A stretch of DNA of 64,000 nt from Nitrososphaerota archaeon (GTDB taxonomy: Archaea; Thermoproteota; Nitrososphaeria; PSMU01), in NCBI GenBank assembly GCA_040290255.1, contig PSMU01000001.1:160001-224000 (forward strand). Direction: 5' to 3'. Shown piece after piece: positions 18,521 through 27,930 of the stretch. Made by a program: the position numbers and the translations under genes. The notes below the pieces were generated by a model. The model worked only from the letters and a program-made list of their open reading frames with translations. It ran no database searches and was not told where the DNA came from. Within the stretch, counting starts at the first letter, position 1. Each line of letters starts with the position of its first letter.

Positions 18521-19462
18521 TTACTTGCCCGCGTAGTAGGACTCGATCTTTATCTGCGTCCGCTTTGCCCCTATCTCGGGGCTGAGCAGCAGCCTCATCA
18601 TGGCCTGAATGAATTCGGCGCTGCCGCAGATTCTGTTGGAGGCCCGCTCATGGGTCAGGATCTCGCGCGGCAGCCAAAGCAATAACTTTTGGGGGCTATC
18701 GACCCTGCCCTGTATCTTGGCGTAGGAGGGGTCGAACTCCCTGGTCAGGGCATGCGTGACGCGAAAGTTGGCGAGCCGCCTCTGCAGCTCCTCCAGCTCG
18801 CTTCTGTATATTATATGGGCCTTGGTCTTGTTGGAATACAACAGATTCACTTGGACATCCCTTATCCCCTTATCAAAGATGTACCTCAGGTAGCACATGA
18901 AGGGTACGATGCCGCTGCCGCCTGCTATCAGGTTCAGGTACGCGCAGGTCCCCTCCTCGAAGATGAAGTCGCCGTCGGCCTCCGTGATATGATAGTAGTC
19001 GCCCACGCTGGCGTTATCGATGAAGGTGTTAGAGAGCAGGCCATAGTAGATGGGCTGGCCCGTCTGCTTATCCCTTTCGATATAGCGCTCGATCGTTAGC
19101 TCTATGTATTCCTTCCTCGTGGGCGGGCTCGCGATGGAGAAGCGCCGCGGCACCTCCGCGGGCCTCCTTTCCTTGAGGGCCTTATCCACCTCCCTGCTGA
19201 GGTTCTCGAGCGCCCTCTGGTAGGCCGGCTTTGGTATGATGCCCTTCGTGAACCCGTCCTCGAAGTAGGCCCTTATCAGCGAGGAGCTCAGGAGCAGGGT
19301 TGCATACTGGCCCGGCCTATGCGTGTATGAGATACCATCTAGGGCGAAGCGGTAGGTGAAGGTATCCGGCGTCTCCTGGACTATCTGGGCCAGCCTTAAG
19401 GAATACACCTTGTAGAGCCTGTTCCCTATGAGGTACTGGCCGACCTCCTGCCTGAGCTCCAC
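18521..19462 (-). CDS. FAD/NAD(P)H-binding oxidoreductase (ferredoxin reductase-like)
   Basis: PGQY, RRFSIAS, IAGGSGIVPF, LLYSNK, ICGS. Confidence 0.82.
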   Translation of the reverse strand: MELRQEVGQYLIGNRLYKVYSLRLAQIVQETPDTFTYRFALDGISYTHRPGQYATLLLSSSLIRAYFEDGFTKGIIPKPAYQRALENLSREVDKALKERRPAEVPRRFSIASPPTRKEYIELTIERYIERDKQTGQPIYYGLLSNTFIDNASVGDYYHITEADGDFIFEEGTCAYLNLIAGGSGIVPFMCYLRYIFDKGIRDVQVNLLYSNKTKAHIIYRSELEELQRRLANFRVTHALTREFDPSYAKIQGRVDSPQKLLLWLPREILTHERASNRICGSAEFIQAMMRLLLSPEIGAKRTQIKIESYYAGK

Positions 19463-19574
19463 GCCGGGGGCAGTACCCCCCCTCTATAAGGCTTATCGGC
19501 GGCTAGGCCAGATGACGCGGGGGTTTGAAATTGCTAACAAGGCCCGTTTATAATTTGGGCCGGGCCGCAGCGGC

Positions 19575-19817
19575 GTGGAGCAGAGGCAGAGGCCGGCGAA
19601 CTGGGCCAGCTATGCTGAGGGCATGATGAAGGCGGCCGAGCAGAAGGCCAAGGCGGGCCAAGTGGAGGAGGCCATCGCCGGCTATCTCATGGCGGCCGAT
19701 ATTTTCCTAACCCTGGCGAAGTCGGAGTCCACATACAGGGCCTGGCTGGACTATGCCACAAAGGCCGAGCTCTGCCAAAAGAAGGTCAAGGAGCTGATGG
19801 CCGGAGGACAAGGTTAA
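19575..19817 (+). CDS. Stand-alone MIT-domain-like protein
   Basis: Three-helix pattern A...A...AG..EEAI..Y..A.....L......Y..KA......L; TATA (TTTATAA) about 25 nt upstream. Confidence 0.65.
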   Translation: MEQRQRPANWASYAEGMMKAAEQKAKAGQVEEAIAGYLMAADIFLTLAKSESTYRAWLDYATKAELCQKKVKELMAGGQG

Positions 19818-19843
19818 AAAGCCGAGCCTTAGCAGAGCCTTCA

Positions 19844-20062
19844 ATGCGTAGGAACGAACTGCAGCCGGTGGAGGTGGCCGAGAAGATCTGCGTGACGGAG
19901 CAGGCGATCACGGCCCTCGAATCGCTTGTGAGCCGGGGGCTCCTGAGCGAAAAGGACGCAAAGGTGCTGATCGAACATATGATAAACTCCCTCCTGAACT
20001 TGGTGCGGGAGTCCAAGGCCCAGAGGAGGAAGATGCCCCACGACCTAAGCCTCCTTAAGTAA
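19844..20062 (+). CDS. Small hypothetical protein
   Basis: 72-aa helical ORF with a TTAAAAA element about 25 nt upstream; no recognised motif. Confidence 0.5.
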   Translation: MRRNELQPVEVAEKICVTEQAITALESLVSRGLLSEKDAKVLIEHMINSLLNLVRESKAQRRKMPHDLSLLK

Positions 20063-23000
20063 GGACCTCTTCTCGCGGCCTTTCTCGCTTTTCCGCCTTC
20101 AGCGCTTCAAGCGTTAGATGGCAGAGGTAGAGGGACCTCGCCTCCTCCTTTAGGTACTCGGCGAGGCGTTCCCTTAGCCTTGACCCCTCCGTCCTTATGA
20201 AGCTCATTTTAGGCCTCCGTGCGGCCTCCTTCTGGGCCTCAAAGCTCACGTCCTGGAGCCTGACCTGCCTGACCATGCCCAGCCCCTCCTCCAGCGCTTC
20301 CCTCGTGGCCCTCTCCCCGAGCACACCCCTCAGCTCCTCGGCGAGCGATAGCAGCAGGCCCAACTTCGCGGCGCCCAGCAGCGAGGCCCTCAGCGAGGCG
20401 AGGCCGGCCGAGGTCAGAAGCGCCTCTACATCGCCCAAGTCGTGGACGATCACCCTAAAGCCCCTATCTATGAGCGAGGAGAGCCCTTGAAGGATGGGCG
20501 CCGCGGCTCGATCGGGCTCGCCCAGCTCCTTTGTGCCCGTAACGCAGGACACCTCCTCACCATCAAAGAGCGCGAGGCCATAGATGCCGCTCCTGAGGTC
20601 CTCCCTGAGCGTAAGGTCAACGGCCGCCAGGCTGGCGAGCTTTAGGGCCTTGGAGGGCCTCGGCAGCGCCAGGCTTCTTCCCTTGAGCTGGACCACGAGC
20701 CTCTCCCTTGAGATGAGGTAATCTAGGAGCGCCAGCGTCTGCCTCTTCACGATCTTCCAATCCAGGCCGAGAGAGAGGAAGCTGGCATGCGCCAGTTCAT
20801 CCACCACCTCTAGGAAGACGGCGTCCAGCTCTTGAGGCTCATAGCGCTCCGCTAGCGCCCGCAGACCTGCCCAGTCGAGCTTCACTAGGAGCCCCGCGCT
20901 CTCCGCCTCATGCAGGAGCACCACCTTCCTGTTGCCCATGACGGCTACATCGTACTTGATCAGGTCGAAGGGGATCCCCAGCAGGCGCCTCAGCAGGATC
21001 ATGAGGAAGGCCAGGCCCAGCCTGAGCAGCTCCTGCCCCTCGGTGGGCGAGACTTCGAAGGAGATGCCATACGTATAGTCCCCATAAGAGCCGAAGGTGG
21101 GCGTGGGCGCCACGATCCTCCTTTCATCGCGCAGCACGAGCGTCCTTTCGCCTATGACCTGCACCCTCCTCTTGGGCAGCGTGAACCTCCAGATCACCCT
21201 ATTCGGTATCTTGCTGTAGAGGCCAAAGCCGCTGGAGGGGGCATGCACGGCGCAGAGCACCTCCGTATGCACGCGGCCGTTCAGGTAATCCCCATATAGG
21301 TCTGGGCGCTCTCCGGCGCTTCTCTTCGCCCTTTCATACTCCTCGAGCACGTAGGCCAGGGCCTCGTGCCGGCGCAGCACCTGCTCCCTCAGATCATCGA
21401 TGATTACGCCCGTTACGGTCCTCGCCCTTCCGCCTCCGAGCCTATGCTCCACCACGACGCCGTCGCTGCTATAGTCTATGCAGCCCACCTGAAACTTCTC
21501 GACCAGGTCGACGTGGGATATATCCTCCAGCTGCTCCAGCTCCCTTCCTCCCCTGAGCCTCAGCCTCTTGATGCCAAAGGGGGGCGCGAACTCGTAGAAG
21601 TTCATCTTGAGCAGGACCCTCCTCCCCTCCGCCGTGAGCTCCCCATCCCTCTCTAGGCCCAGCCCCCTCAGGAAGAGCCTCTCCTCCCTGCTCAAATGAG
21701 CCCTGAGCGAGGGTGAGGAGAGCAGGAAGAGCGCCTCGAAGAGCCTGCTGTAGAGGTTGTCCCGGTTCACGAGCACCTTTTCAGCGGGCATCTCGAGCCA
21801 CTGCCTCAGCGCATTCACCCCCCTGCTGAGGAGCGAGAAGGTCCAGGGGCCCGAGGGGAAGATCACCGTCTCGGTGCGCGCTATCTCCTGCCTCCTGCCC
21901 TTCCTCCCCTCCTTCTGCCGGAACTCCCTGAGCGAATCGGGCAGCCCTATATGCACGACCCTTATGATGGGGCCTATATCGATGCCCTGGCTCAGCGTCC
22001 TCGGCGAGATCAGCAGCTTAAGCTCCCCCCTCCTGGCCCTCTCCTCCAGCCGCTCCCTCATCTCCTTTGAGATAAGGTGATGGTGCGAGGCCACCAGCTC
22101 CGGCTGAAGCTTCATGGAGAGCTGGCGGGCCACCTCCTCCGCCTTCGCGATCCCCCTCGTGAAGACGAGGGTTACGCCCTTATCCTCCGCATACCTGGCC
22201 AGCAGGGAGACGGGGTCCAGGCCCAGCTCTCCCACCTCCAGGCCCAGGGCCTGCACCACCTCCAGCACGGCGTAGCAGCGCTCCCTGAAGTCCTCATAGC
22301 TCTCCAGGTGCCTCAGCACATCGCTTCCCACACCCTTCGCCCTGAGTTCCTCCTTCCTCTCCCTCAGCATCTCCCAGAGCCTGCGCAGGTTCTTGCCCAG
22401 CACCACGTAATAGTGGTTCTCCGGATGAAAGGGCTTGCCCGCCACTATGGCCGTCCCCCTTCCATTTATCGATGTGAGGTATTCGGCCACGTCCTCCGGG
22501 TTCTCCAGGCCCGCGGTCAGGAAGCAGAGCTGCAGGCCCGGGTTCACATGCTTGACGAGCAGCTTCACCATGCTGAAGAGGAGCGCGATGGAGCGGGGGC
22601 CATAAAAGTCGAAGTCGTCCACCACCAGCAGCTGGGCCTCCTGCAGGAAGGGCCTGAGAAGCGAGGGCCTATTTGCCCCTATCTTCCTGAGCTCGTTGAG
22701 GAGGAAGGCGGGGTTCGTCACGACGATATGAGAGGAGAGCAGGCGCCGCCTCAACTCCCTGAAGCCCAGGCTCTTCACGTACTGGTCCCGCTTCAGGGCA
22801 TCTAGGGCCAGGACCTCAAGGCCCAAGGCGCCCCCATATTCCATGAGCCGGCTGAGCTGGTCGTTCGCCAGTGCCAGCGTAGGGTATATGGCCATCGTCC
22901 TCTTGGGGCCTTGGGCCGAGTAGGCGAACCACGCCTCGGTTTTGCCCGAGCCCGTGCCGGACTTCAGGATCAGGTTCAGGCCCTCCCTTAGCGCTTCTAG

Positions 23001-23207
23001 GCCCTGCTTCTGATGGCAATATAGGCGGGCCGGCGCGATGGCCCTGCACCTTGGGCTGGAGGAGCCAAGTAGCCCAGGCAGGAGCTGGCCGAAGGTTACA
23101 TCGCTGAACTCGGGCGCCTGGCCGGGGGAGATAAAATGGTAGTAATCGTAGCCCAGCTCCTTGAGCAGCTGCTCGGTGTTGAGCGGAGGGCCCAGCTGCA
23201 AGGACAA
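20055..23207 (-). CDS. SF2 DEAD/DEAH-box helicase, Hrq1/MrfA/SftH-like, with long C-terminal extension
   Basis: LYCHQ Q-motif, GTGSGKT, YPTLALANDQ, TNP, DDFD (motif II variant), QGIDIG, QKEGRKGRR. Confidence 0.85.
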   Translation of the reverse strand: MSLQLGPPLNTEQLLKELGYDYYHFISPGQAPEFSDVTFGQLLPGLLGSSSPRCRAIAPARLYCHQKQGLEALREGLNLILKSGTGSGKTEAWFAYSAQGPKRTMAIYPTLALANDQLSRLMEYGGALGLEVLALDALKRDQYVKSLGFRELRRRLLSSHIVVTNPAFLLNELRKIGANRPSLLRPFLQEAQLLVVDDFDFYGPRSIALLFSMVKLLVKHVNPGLQLCFLTAGLENPEDVAEYLTSINGRGTAIVAGKPFHPENHYYVVLGKNLRRLWEMLRERKEELRAKGVGSDVLRHLESYEDFRERCYAVLEVVQALGLEVGELGLDPVSLLARYAEDKGVTLVFTRGIAKAEEVARQLSMKLQPELVASHHHLISKEMRERLEERARRGELKLLISPRTLSQGIDIGPIIRVVHIGLPDSLREFRQKEGRKGRRQEIARTETVIFPSGPWTFSLLSRGVNALRQWLEMPAEKVLVNRDNLYSRLFEALFLLSSPSLRAHLSREERLFLRGLGLERDGELTAEGRRVLLKMNFYEFAPPFGIKRLRLRGGRELEQLEDISHVDLVEKFQVGCIDYSSDGVVVEHRLGGGRARTVTGVIIDDLREQVLRRHEALAYVLEEYERAKRSAGERPDLYGDYLNGRVHTEVLCAVHAPSSGFGLYSKIPNRVIWRFTLPKRRVQVIGERTLVLRDERRIVAPTPTFGSYGDYTYGISFEVSPTEGQELLRLGLAFLMILLRRLLGIPFDLIKYDVAVMGNRKVVLLHEAESAGLLVKLDWAGLRALAERYEPQELDAVFLEVVDELAHASFLSLGLDWKIVKRQTLALLDYLISRERLVVQLKGRSLALPRPSKALKLASLAAVDLTLREDLRSGIYGLALFDGEEVSCVTGTKELGEPDRAAAPILQGLSSLIDRGFRVIVHDLGDVEALLTSAGLASLRASLLGAAKLGLLLSLAEELRGVLGERATREALEEGLGMVRQVRLQDVSFEAQKEAARRPKMSFIRTEGSRLRERLAEYLKEEARSLYLCHLTLEALKAEKRERPREEVLT

Positions 23208-23295
23208 GGCTATCTCGTGGCACCGGCCGGTTATTAAGGCCTTGCGGGCCGCGGAGCAAAAAAGGCTTAAATTGCCCTTTTCTCATGCCGGCATA

Positions 23296-23571
23296 TTGAG
23301 CGGCAGAAGGACGCAGAGGGCCTTCATCCTCCTAAAGGTGGAGCCGGGCCACGAGAGGGAGGTCATGCGCGAGCTGGCGGGGCACGATGAGGTAAGGGAG
23401 GTCCACGTGATAGGGGGCGAGTGGGATGTGCTCGCGGTGCTGGAGGTGAGGAGGGAGATAATTGCGCCGAGCGATGAGCAGGTCTACAACTATGTGGTGG
23501 ACAGGCTGAGAAAGGTGAGACATGTGCAGGACACTAAGACGCTCATCCCTCACCTGTCGACCTTCAAGTAG
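23296..23571 (+). CDS. Lrp/AsnC ligand-binding (RAM) domain protein
   Basis: AFILLKVEPG.E.EV...V.EVH.I.GEWD...V..T.TLI; start at TTG 23296. Confidence 0.85.
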   Translation: MSGRRTQRAFILLKVEPGHEREVMRELAGHDEVREVHVIGGEWDVLAVLEVRREIIAPSDEQVYNYVVDRLRKVRHVQDTKTLIPHLSTFK

Positions 23572-23589
23572 GTCGTGGACCGGAGGCCT

Positions 23590-24441
23590 CTAGCCCGAGA
23601 GCATTCTCCAAGCGAAGAAGATGCTGAGCGAGGAGAGGATAGCGGAGAAGAGGCCTAGGTAGAGGAAGTCATAGCCCAGGCTAGTGAGGCCCGGCGCTCC
23701 GAGAAGAAGTTGGCGGCAGGCGTCGGTGGCATAGGTGATGGGGTTTACCTTCGCGATGTACTGCAGCCAATCCGGCATGTATTTTATGGGGAAGAGCGCG
23801 TTGCTGGTGAAGAGCAGGGGCAGGTTCAGCAGGTTGCCCAGCGCGGCCTGCGTCTGCCAGTTCGTGGACCTTACCGCCAGCATCACGAAGAGCGAGGCCA
23901 GGCCAAAGCCCAGCAGCGCGAGGGCGGCAAAGGCCTCCAGCACGCCGAGCACGCTCATCTGGCTCAGGTCCATGCCCAGCAGGATGGCGACGAGCAGGAT
24001 GACGCCACCCTGCGTTATAGCCCTGAGCACATTGGAGAGCACCTTGGCCATGATGATCCAGGCCCTCTCGACCGGCGTGCTGAGCAGCTTATCCAGGATG
24101 CCCATCCTCTTGTCCCAGATGAGCGACATGCCGCCGAACATCACGGTAAAGATGACGATGAAGGAGAGCTGGCCCACGGCGAAGAAGGAGAAATAATCCG
24201 AGGTCCCGAAGGTGCCCTTCATCAGCTGCGTCGCGATCTGGTCTATGACCTGCTTGGGCAGATTGAGAAGGGGTATCTGCAGCGCCCCCTCCCTGAAGAA
24301 GGAGCCGAAGTCCATTGCCCGGCCGAACAGGCTGAGCCAGATGATGGGCTGGACGAGCGAGATGATGAGCAGGAAGGGGACCTTGAACCACTTGATCAGC
24401 TCCCTCTTTGTGAGCGCGCCCAGTCCCTGCAGGCCGCTCAT
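23590..24441 (-). CDS. ABC-2 type exporter permease
   Basis: Six-TM pattern, SLVQPIIW, WDKRMG, SNALFP, NP.TY..DA.R. Confidence 0.9.
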   Translation of the reverse strand: MSGLQGLGALTKRELIKWFKVPFLLIISLVQPIIWLSLFGRAMDFGSFFREGALQIPLLNLPKQVIDQIATQLMKGTFGTSDYFSFFAVGQLSFIVIFTVMFGGMSLIWDKRMGILDKLLSTPVERAWIIMAKVLSNVLRAITQGGVILLVAILLGMDLSQMSVLGVLEAFAALALLGFGLASLFVMLAVRSTNWQTQAALGNLLNLPLLFTSNALFPIKYMPDWLQYIAKVNPITYATDACRQLLLGAPGLTSLGYDFLYLGLFSAILSSLSIFFAWRMLSG

Positions 24442-25430
24442 GCCCTCGCCCTCCTCAGCGTGAGCCTCTGGGCCCACACATCCGCCGGCTCCTCCTCCCT
24501 GAAGGCCCTGCCCGTATACTCTAGGTAGACATCGTTGAGCGAGGGCTTCGTGATCTGAAGCCTCCTTATGTGATAGCCCAGCCGCCTGACCGCCTCCATG
24601 ATGGCGGGCGCCGCATCCTCCCCGGACTCGACCTTTATCCTGTAGGTGCTGTCCTGCCTGCTGACGGCCTTCACGAAGTCCAGCCTGGCCAGCGCGGGCT
24701 CCAGGCTCACGGCATCGCCGTCCACGCTCACCTCCACGATATCGCCCCCCAGCTCCTTCTTGAGCTCCGCCGGGGAGCCCAGGGCCACGACCCTTCCTCT
24801 ATCGATGATGGCTATCCTATCACAGAGCGCATCGGCCTCCTCCAGGTAGTGAGTGGTCATGAAGAGCGTCATGCCGTACTCGGCCTTCAGCTTCCTTATG
24901 TAGTTCCAGACGGCGATGCGCGTCTGCACGTCAAGGCCGAGCGTGGGCTCATCTAGGAAGAGCAGCCGGGGCCTGTTGATAAGGCCCATGGCCAGCTCCA
25001 GCCTCCTCCTCATGCCGCCTGAGTAATGCTCGACCTTCCTCTGCGCGGCCTCCCTGAGGTCCACGAGCTCGAGCAGCTCCTGAGCCCTCCTCACGGCGTC
25101 CTGCTTCGGTATCCCATAGAGCCTCGCCATCAACATTACGTTCTCCATGCCCGTTAGGTCCTCATCGGCCGTGTACTCCTGGGGCACGAGCCCTATCGAT
25201 GCCCTCACGCTCTTGGCCTCCCTCACGACGTCGAAGCCGCAGACGCTGGCGCTGCCGGAGCTGGGCTTCAGCAGGGTGGTCAGCATCTTGATGGTGGTCG
25301 TCTTGCCCGCCCCGTTGGGGCCCAAGAAGCCGAAGACCTCGCCCTCCCTCACCTCCAAGTCTATGTGATCAACGGCCACCAACCTTCCAAAACTTCTCGT
25401 CAGGCCTGAGGCCCTAATTATCTCCCCCAT
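24438..25430 (-). CDS. ABC exporter ATP-binding subunit (DrrA-like)
   Basis: GPNGAGKTT, YSGGM, FLDEPT, TTHY, PSLNDVYL..TG. Confidence 0.93.
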   Translation of the reverse strand: MGEIIRASGLTRSFGRLVAVDHIDLEVREGEVFGFLGPNGAGKTTTIKMLTTLLKPSSGSASVCGFDVVREAKSVRASIGLVPQEYTADEDLTGMENVMLMARLYGIPKQDAVRRAQELLELVDLREAAQRKVEHYSGGMRRRLELAMGLINRPRLLFLDEPTLGLDVQTRIAVWNYIRKLKAEYGMTLFMTTHYLEEADALCDRIAIIDRGRVVALGSPAELKKELGGDIVEVSVDGDAVSLEPALARLDFVKAVSRQDSTYRIKVESGEDAAPAIMEAVRRLGYHIRRLQITKPSLNDVYLEYTGRAFREEEPADVWAQRLTLRRARA

Positions 25431-25914
25431 GCCCCGCCTCGAGCCTTCTCACCAGCGCATCCAGCCTATCCCGAAGCTGCCTAAGCCTCTCCAGATGGGC
25501 CCTGACCTTATCGGGTACGTCCTCAAAATACGACGTATAGGCCTCCATCTCCGTCAGCATTTCGGGCGCGCTGCTGGGCCTGCCCCAAAGCGCCCCTAGC
25601 CACCCCCTCCTGAACTCCTTCAGCTCCTGGACCTCGGCCTTTCCCTTCTCCGTCAGGGAGTACCTACCGTCCGCGCCCTTCGCGACAAGCCCCTGCTCCG
25701 CCAGCCTGCTCAGCGTGGGGTAGACGGAGCCAGGACTTGGCCTCCAAGCTCCCCAGGTCATCCTCTCGATCGCATCCATTATCTCGGCTCCGTTCATGGG
25801 CCTCTCTGCAAGCAGCAACAGCACGGTGCCGCCAAGCCCCCCGTAGCCCCTCATGAACCTCCAGCCCAGGAGGCCCGCGAAGAAGGGTGGGAAGGGCCTT
25901 CTCTCCGTATGCAT
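25414..25914 (-). CDS. PadR-family transcriptional regulator
   Basis: LLAERPMNGAEI, WRPSPGSVYPTL, YSLTEKG. Confidence 0.92.
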   Translation of the reverse strand: MHTERRPFPPFFAGLLGWRFMRGYGGLGGTVLLLLAERPMNGAEIMDAIERMTWGAWRPSPGSVYPTLSRLAEQGLVAKGADGRYSLTEKGKAEVQELKEFRRGWLGALWGRPSSAPEMLTEMEAYTSYFEDVPDKVRAHLERLRQLRDRLDALVRRLEAGHGGDN

Positions 25915-25915
25915 G

Positions 25916-25937
25916 TCGATATCGGAATCGATATCGA
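25916..25937. promoter_or_regulatory. Putative PadR operator (inverted repeat TCGATATCG-GAAT-CGATATCGA)
   Basis: 9-bp inverted repeat between the TATA box (25941-25947) and the padR start codon. Confidence 0.7.
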
Positions 25938-26015
25938 TCCTTTATAAGCCTTTCCTATCTCTAAGCTGTTTAGCTAGTTGGTAAGGCTAATAAAAACGCA
26001 CGGCAGCAGGCGCCC

Positions 26016-26963
26016 ATGGCTTCCGGCCCTTCGCTGGACGAGCAGATCACTTCGGCGGTGGAGAGGGTTTACGCTTCCGTGGTAAACGTAAGCACGGTGC
26101 GTCTGGTCTTCGATAACTTCCTTCAGGTGCATCCCGTGCAGGGCATCGGCTCCGGCGTGATCATAGACCCAGGCGGGTACATAGTGACCAACAATCACGT
26201 GGTGGCCAACGCAAACAGGGTCTTCGTCACGCTCCCGAACGGCCAGCAGCTCGAGGGGGGCGTGGTGGGCGCGGATCCCTACTCCGACATCGCGCTCATA
26301 AGGGTTAAGGCCTCAGGCCTAAACGCGGCCTCTTTGGGCGATTCCGATAAGCTCAAGGTGGGGCAGCTGGTCATCGCGATAGGCAATCCCTTTGGCCCGC
26401 TGCTCGGAGGCCCCACGGTGACAATAGGCGTGGTGAGCGCGCTGAAGAGGCATATAGGGGCGGGCGACTTTGTGCTCGAGAACCTGATTCAGACCGATGC
26501 CGCGATCAACCCTGGCAACAGCGGCGGGCCGCTGGTGGATTCAGGGGGCGATGTGATAGGCATAAACACGGCGATGATACCGTTCGCGCAGGGCATAGGG
26601 TTCGCGATCCCCATCAACGCCGTGAAGAGGGCCGTGCAGGATCTCATCCGCTATGGGCGCGTGCTCAGGCCGTGGCTGGGCGTGCTGGCCACCACGCTGA
26701 CCAGGGGCCTCTCCGAGTACTATGGCCTGCAGCCCATCAAGGGGGCGCTCGTGCTGCGCGTAGTCCCCCACGGGCCGGCCTACGAGGCGGGCCTGGAGCC
26801 GGGCGACATCATAACGGCCCTGGATTCAGTGCAGATAAGAAGCGTGGAGGACCTTCACCATGCGGTGCAGGAGAAGAGGGTGGGCGATGTGGTCAGGCTC
26901 GCGATCGTGAGGCAGGACAGGCGGCTCGAGTTGACGGCGGAGCTGAGCGAGCAGCCCTCCTAG
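26016..26963 (+). CDS. htrA: HtrA/DegP-like trypsin serine protease with PDZ domain
   Basis: GSGVI, TNNHV, SDIA, QTDAAINPGNSGGPL, C-terminal PDZ. Confidence 0.92.
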   Translation: MASGPSLDEQITSAVERVYASVVNVSTVRLVFDNFLQVHPVQGIGSGVIIDPGGYIVTNNHVVANANRVFVTLPNGQQLEGGVVGADPYSDIALIRVKASGLNAASLGDSDKLKVGQLVIAIGNPFGPLLGGPTVTIGVVSALKRHIGAGDFVLENLIQTDAAINPGNSGGPLVDSGGDVIGINTAMIPFAQGIGFAIPINAVKRAVQDLIRYGRVLRPWLGVLATTLTRGLSEYYGLQPIKGALVLRVVPHGPAYEAGLEPGDIITALDSVQIRSVEDLHHAVQEKRVGDVVRLAIVRQDRRLELTAELSEQPS

Positions 26964-27821
26964 CTACCTCTCCCTCCTGCCCCTAGGGGGCAGATAGGGC
27001 GCAGGTATGTATTCGACCGAGGGGCGGGCCTGGGCCGGCTGTGGGTAAAGGTCCATCAGCTGGTAGACCTCCGGAGGGATCCCCACCCTCACCTCGACGC
27101 CCAGCTCCCTGAGCTTACTGGCCGTGATGGGGTAGTCATGCGTGTACTTCCCGCTCACCAGCTCCTCCGCCAGCCTCTCGGCCCTCTCCTGCCCATACTT
27201 CTGCGCGGTCAGCTCGATGATGAACTCCTTCATCTGCTTGATCGCCTTCTCCGCTATATCCGCCCTGACCAGCATGGCATCGCTGGCCCTCTCCCTCCCC
27301 TTCTGCTCGACGGCCCTGAGCACGGAGACGGCGGGCACCGACCCTCCCCTGGCGTCGGCCAGCTGGGGATCGATGGGCCCCAGCACGGCATGAGGATCCA
27401 TCCAGATTTCGTCGGCGGCCAGCGCGACCAGCGTGCCCCCGCTCATCGCGTAATGCGGCACGACCACGACCTTCTTCGCGGGGTGATCCCTGAGCGCCAT
27501 CGCGATCTGCGCCGCGGCCAGCACGAGCCCGCCGGGCGTGTGGAGTATGAGCGTGATGGGCAGGTTGGGGGGCGTTAGCCTTATCGCCCTCAGCACCTGC
27601 TCCGAGTCCTCTATGTCTATGTACCTGTAGAAGGGTATGCCGAGGAACGAAACCCTCTCCTGCCTGTGTATCATCGCGATGACCCTGGAGCCGGTCTTCT
27701 CCTCTATCCTCCTGATGAGCGAGAGCCTGGCGCCCTGCACCATCCTGTGTCTTAGCTGGGGATAGAGGATGAGGAGCAGCACGACCAGCCAGAAGAGCAG
27801 CGTCAGGTCGAGCTCTGGCAA
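26964..27821 (-). CDS. Membrane-anchored ClpP-fold (SDH family) serine protease
   Basis: N-terminal TM, HTPGG, PHYAMSGGT, GPIDPQ, THDYPI. Confidence 0.88.
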   Translation of the reverse strand: MPELDLTLLFWLVVLLLILYPQLRHRMVQGARLSLIRRIEEKTGSRVIAMIHRQERVSFLGIPFYRYIDIEDSEQVLRAIRLTPPNLPITLILHTPGGLVLAAAQIAMALRDHPAKKVVVVPHYAMSGGTLVALAADEIWMDPHAVLGPIDPQLADARGGSVPAVSVLRAVEQKGRERASDAMLVRADIAEKAIKQMKEFIIELTAQKYGQERAERLAEELVSGKYTHDYPITASKLRELGVEVRVGIPPEVYQLMDLYPQPAQARPSVEYIPAPYLPPRGRRER

Positions 27822-27930
27822 GCTACGGCTCCCCCATAGCCCGGCTTAAAAGCCCTTGCCGGCCATCTCCGACCCCTAAACGGGTGATGTGTTGGCAAAG
27901 CTATTTAAAGCTACGAGAGCGGCAAGCGCA

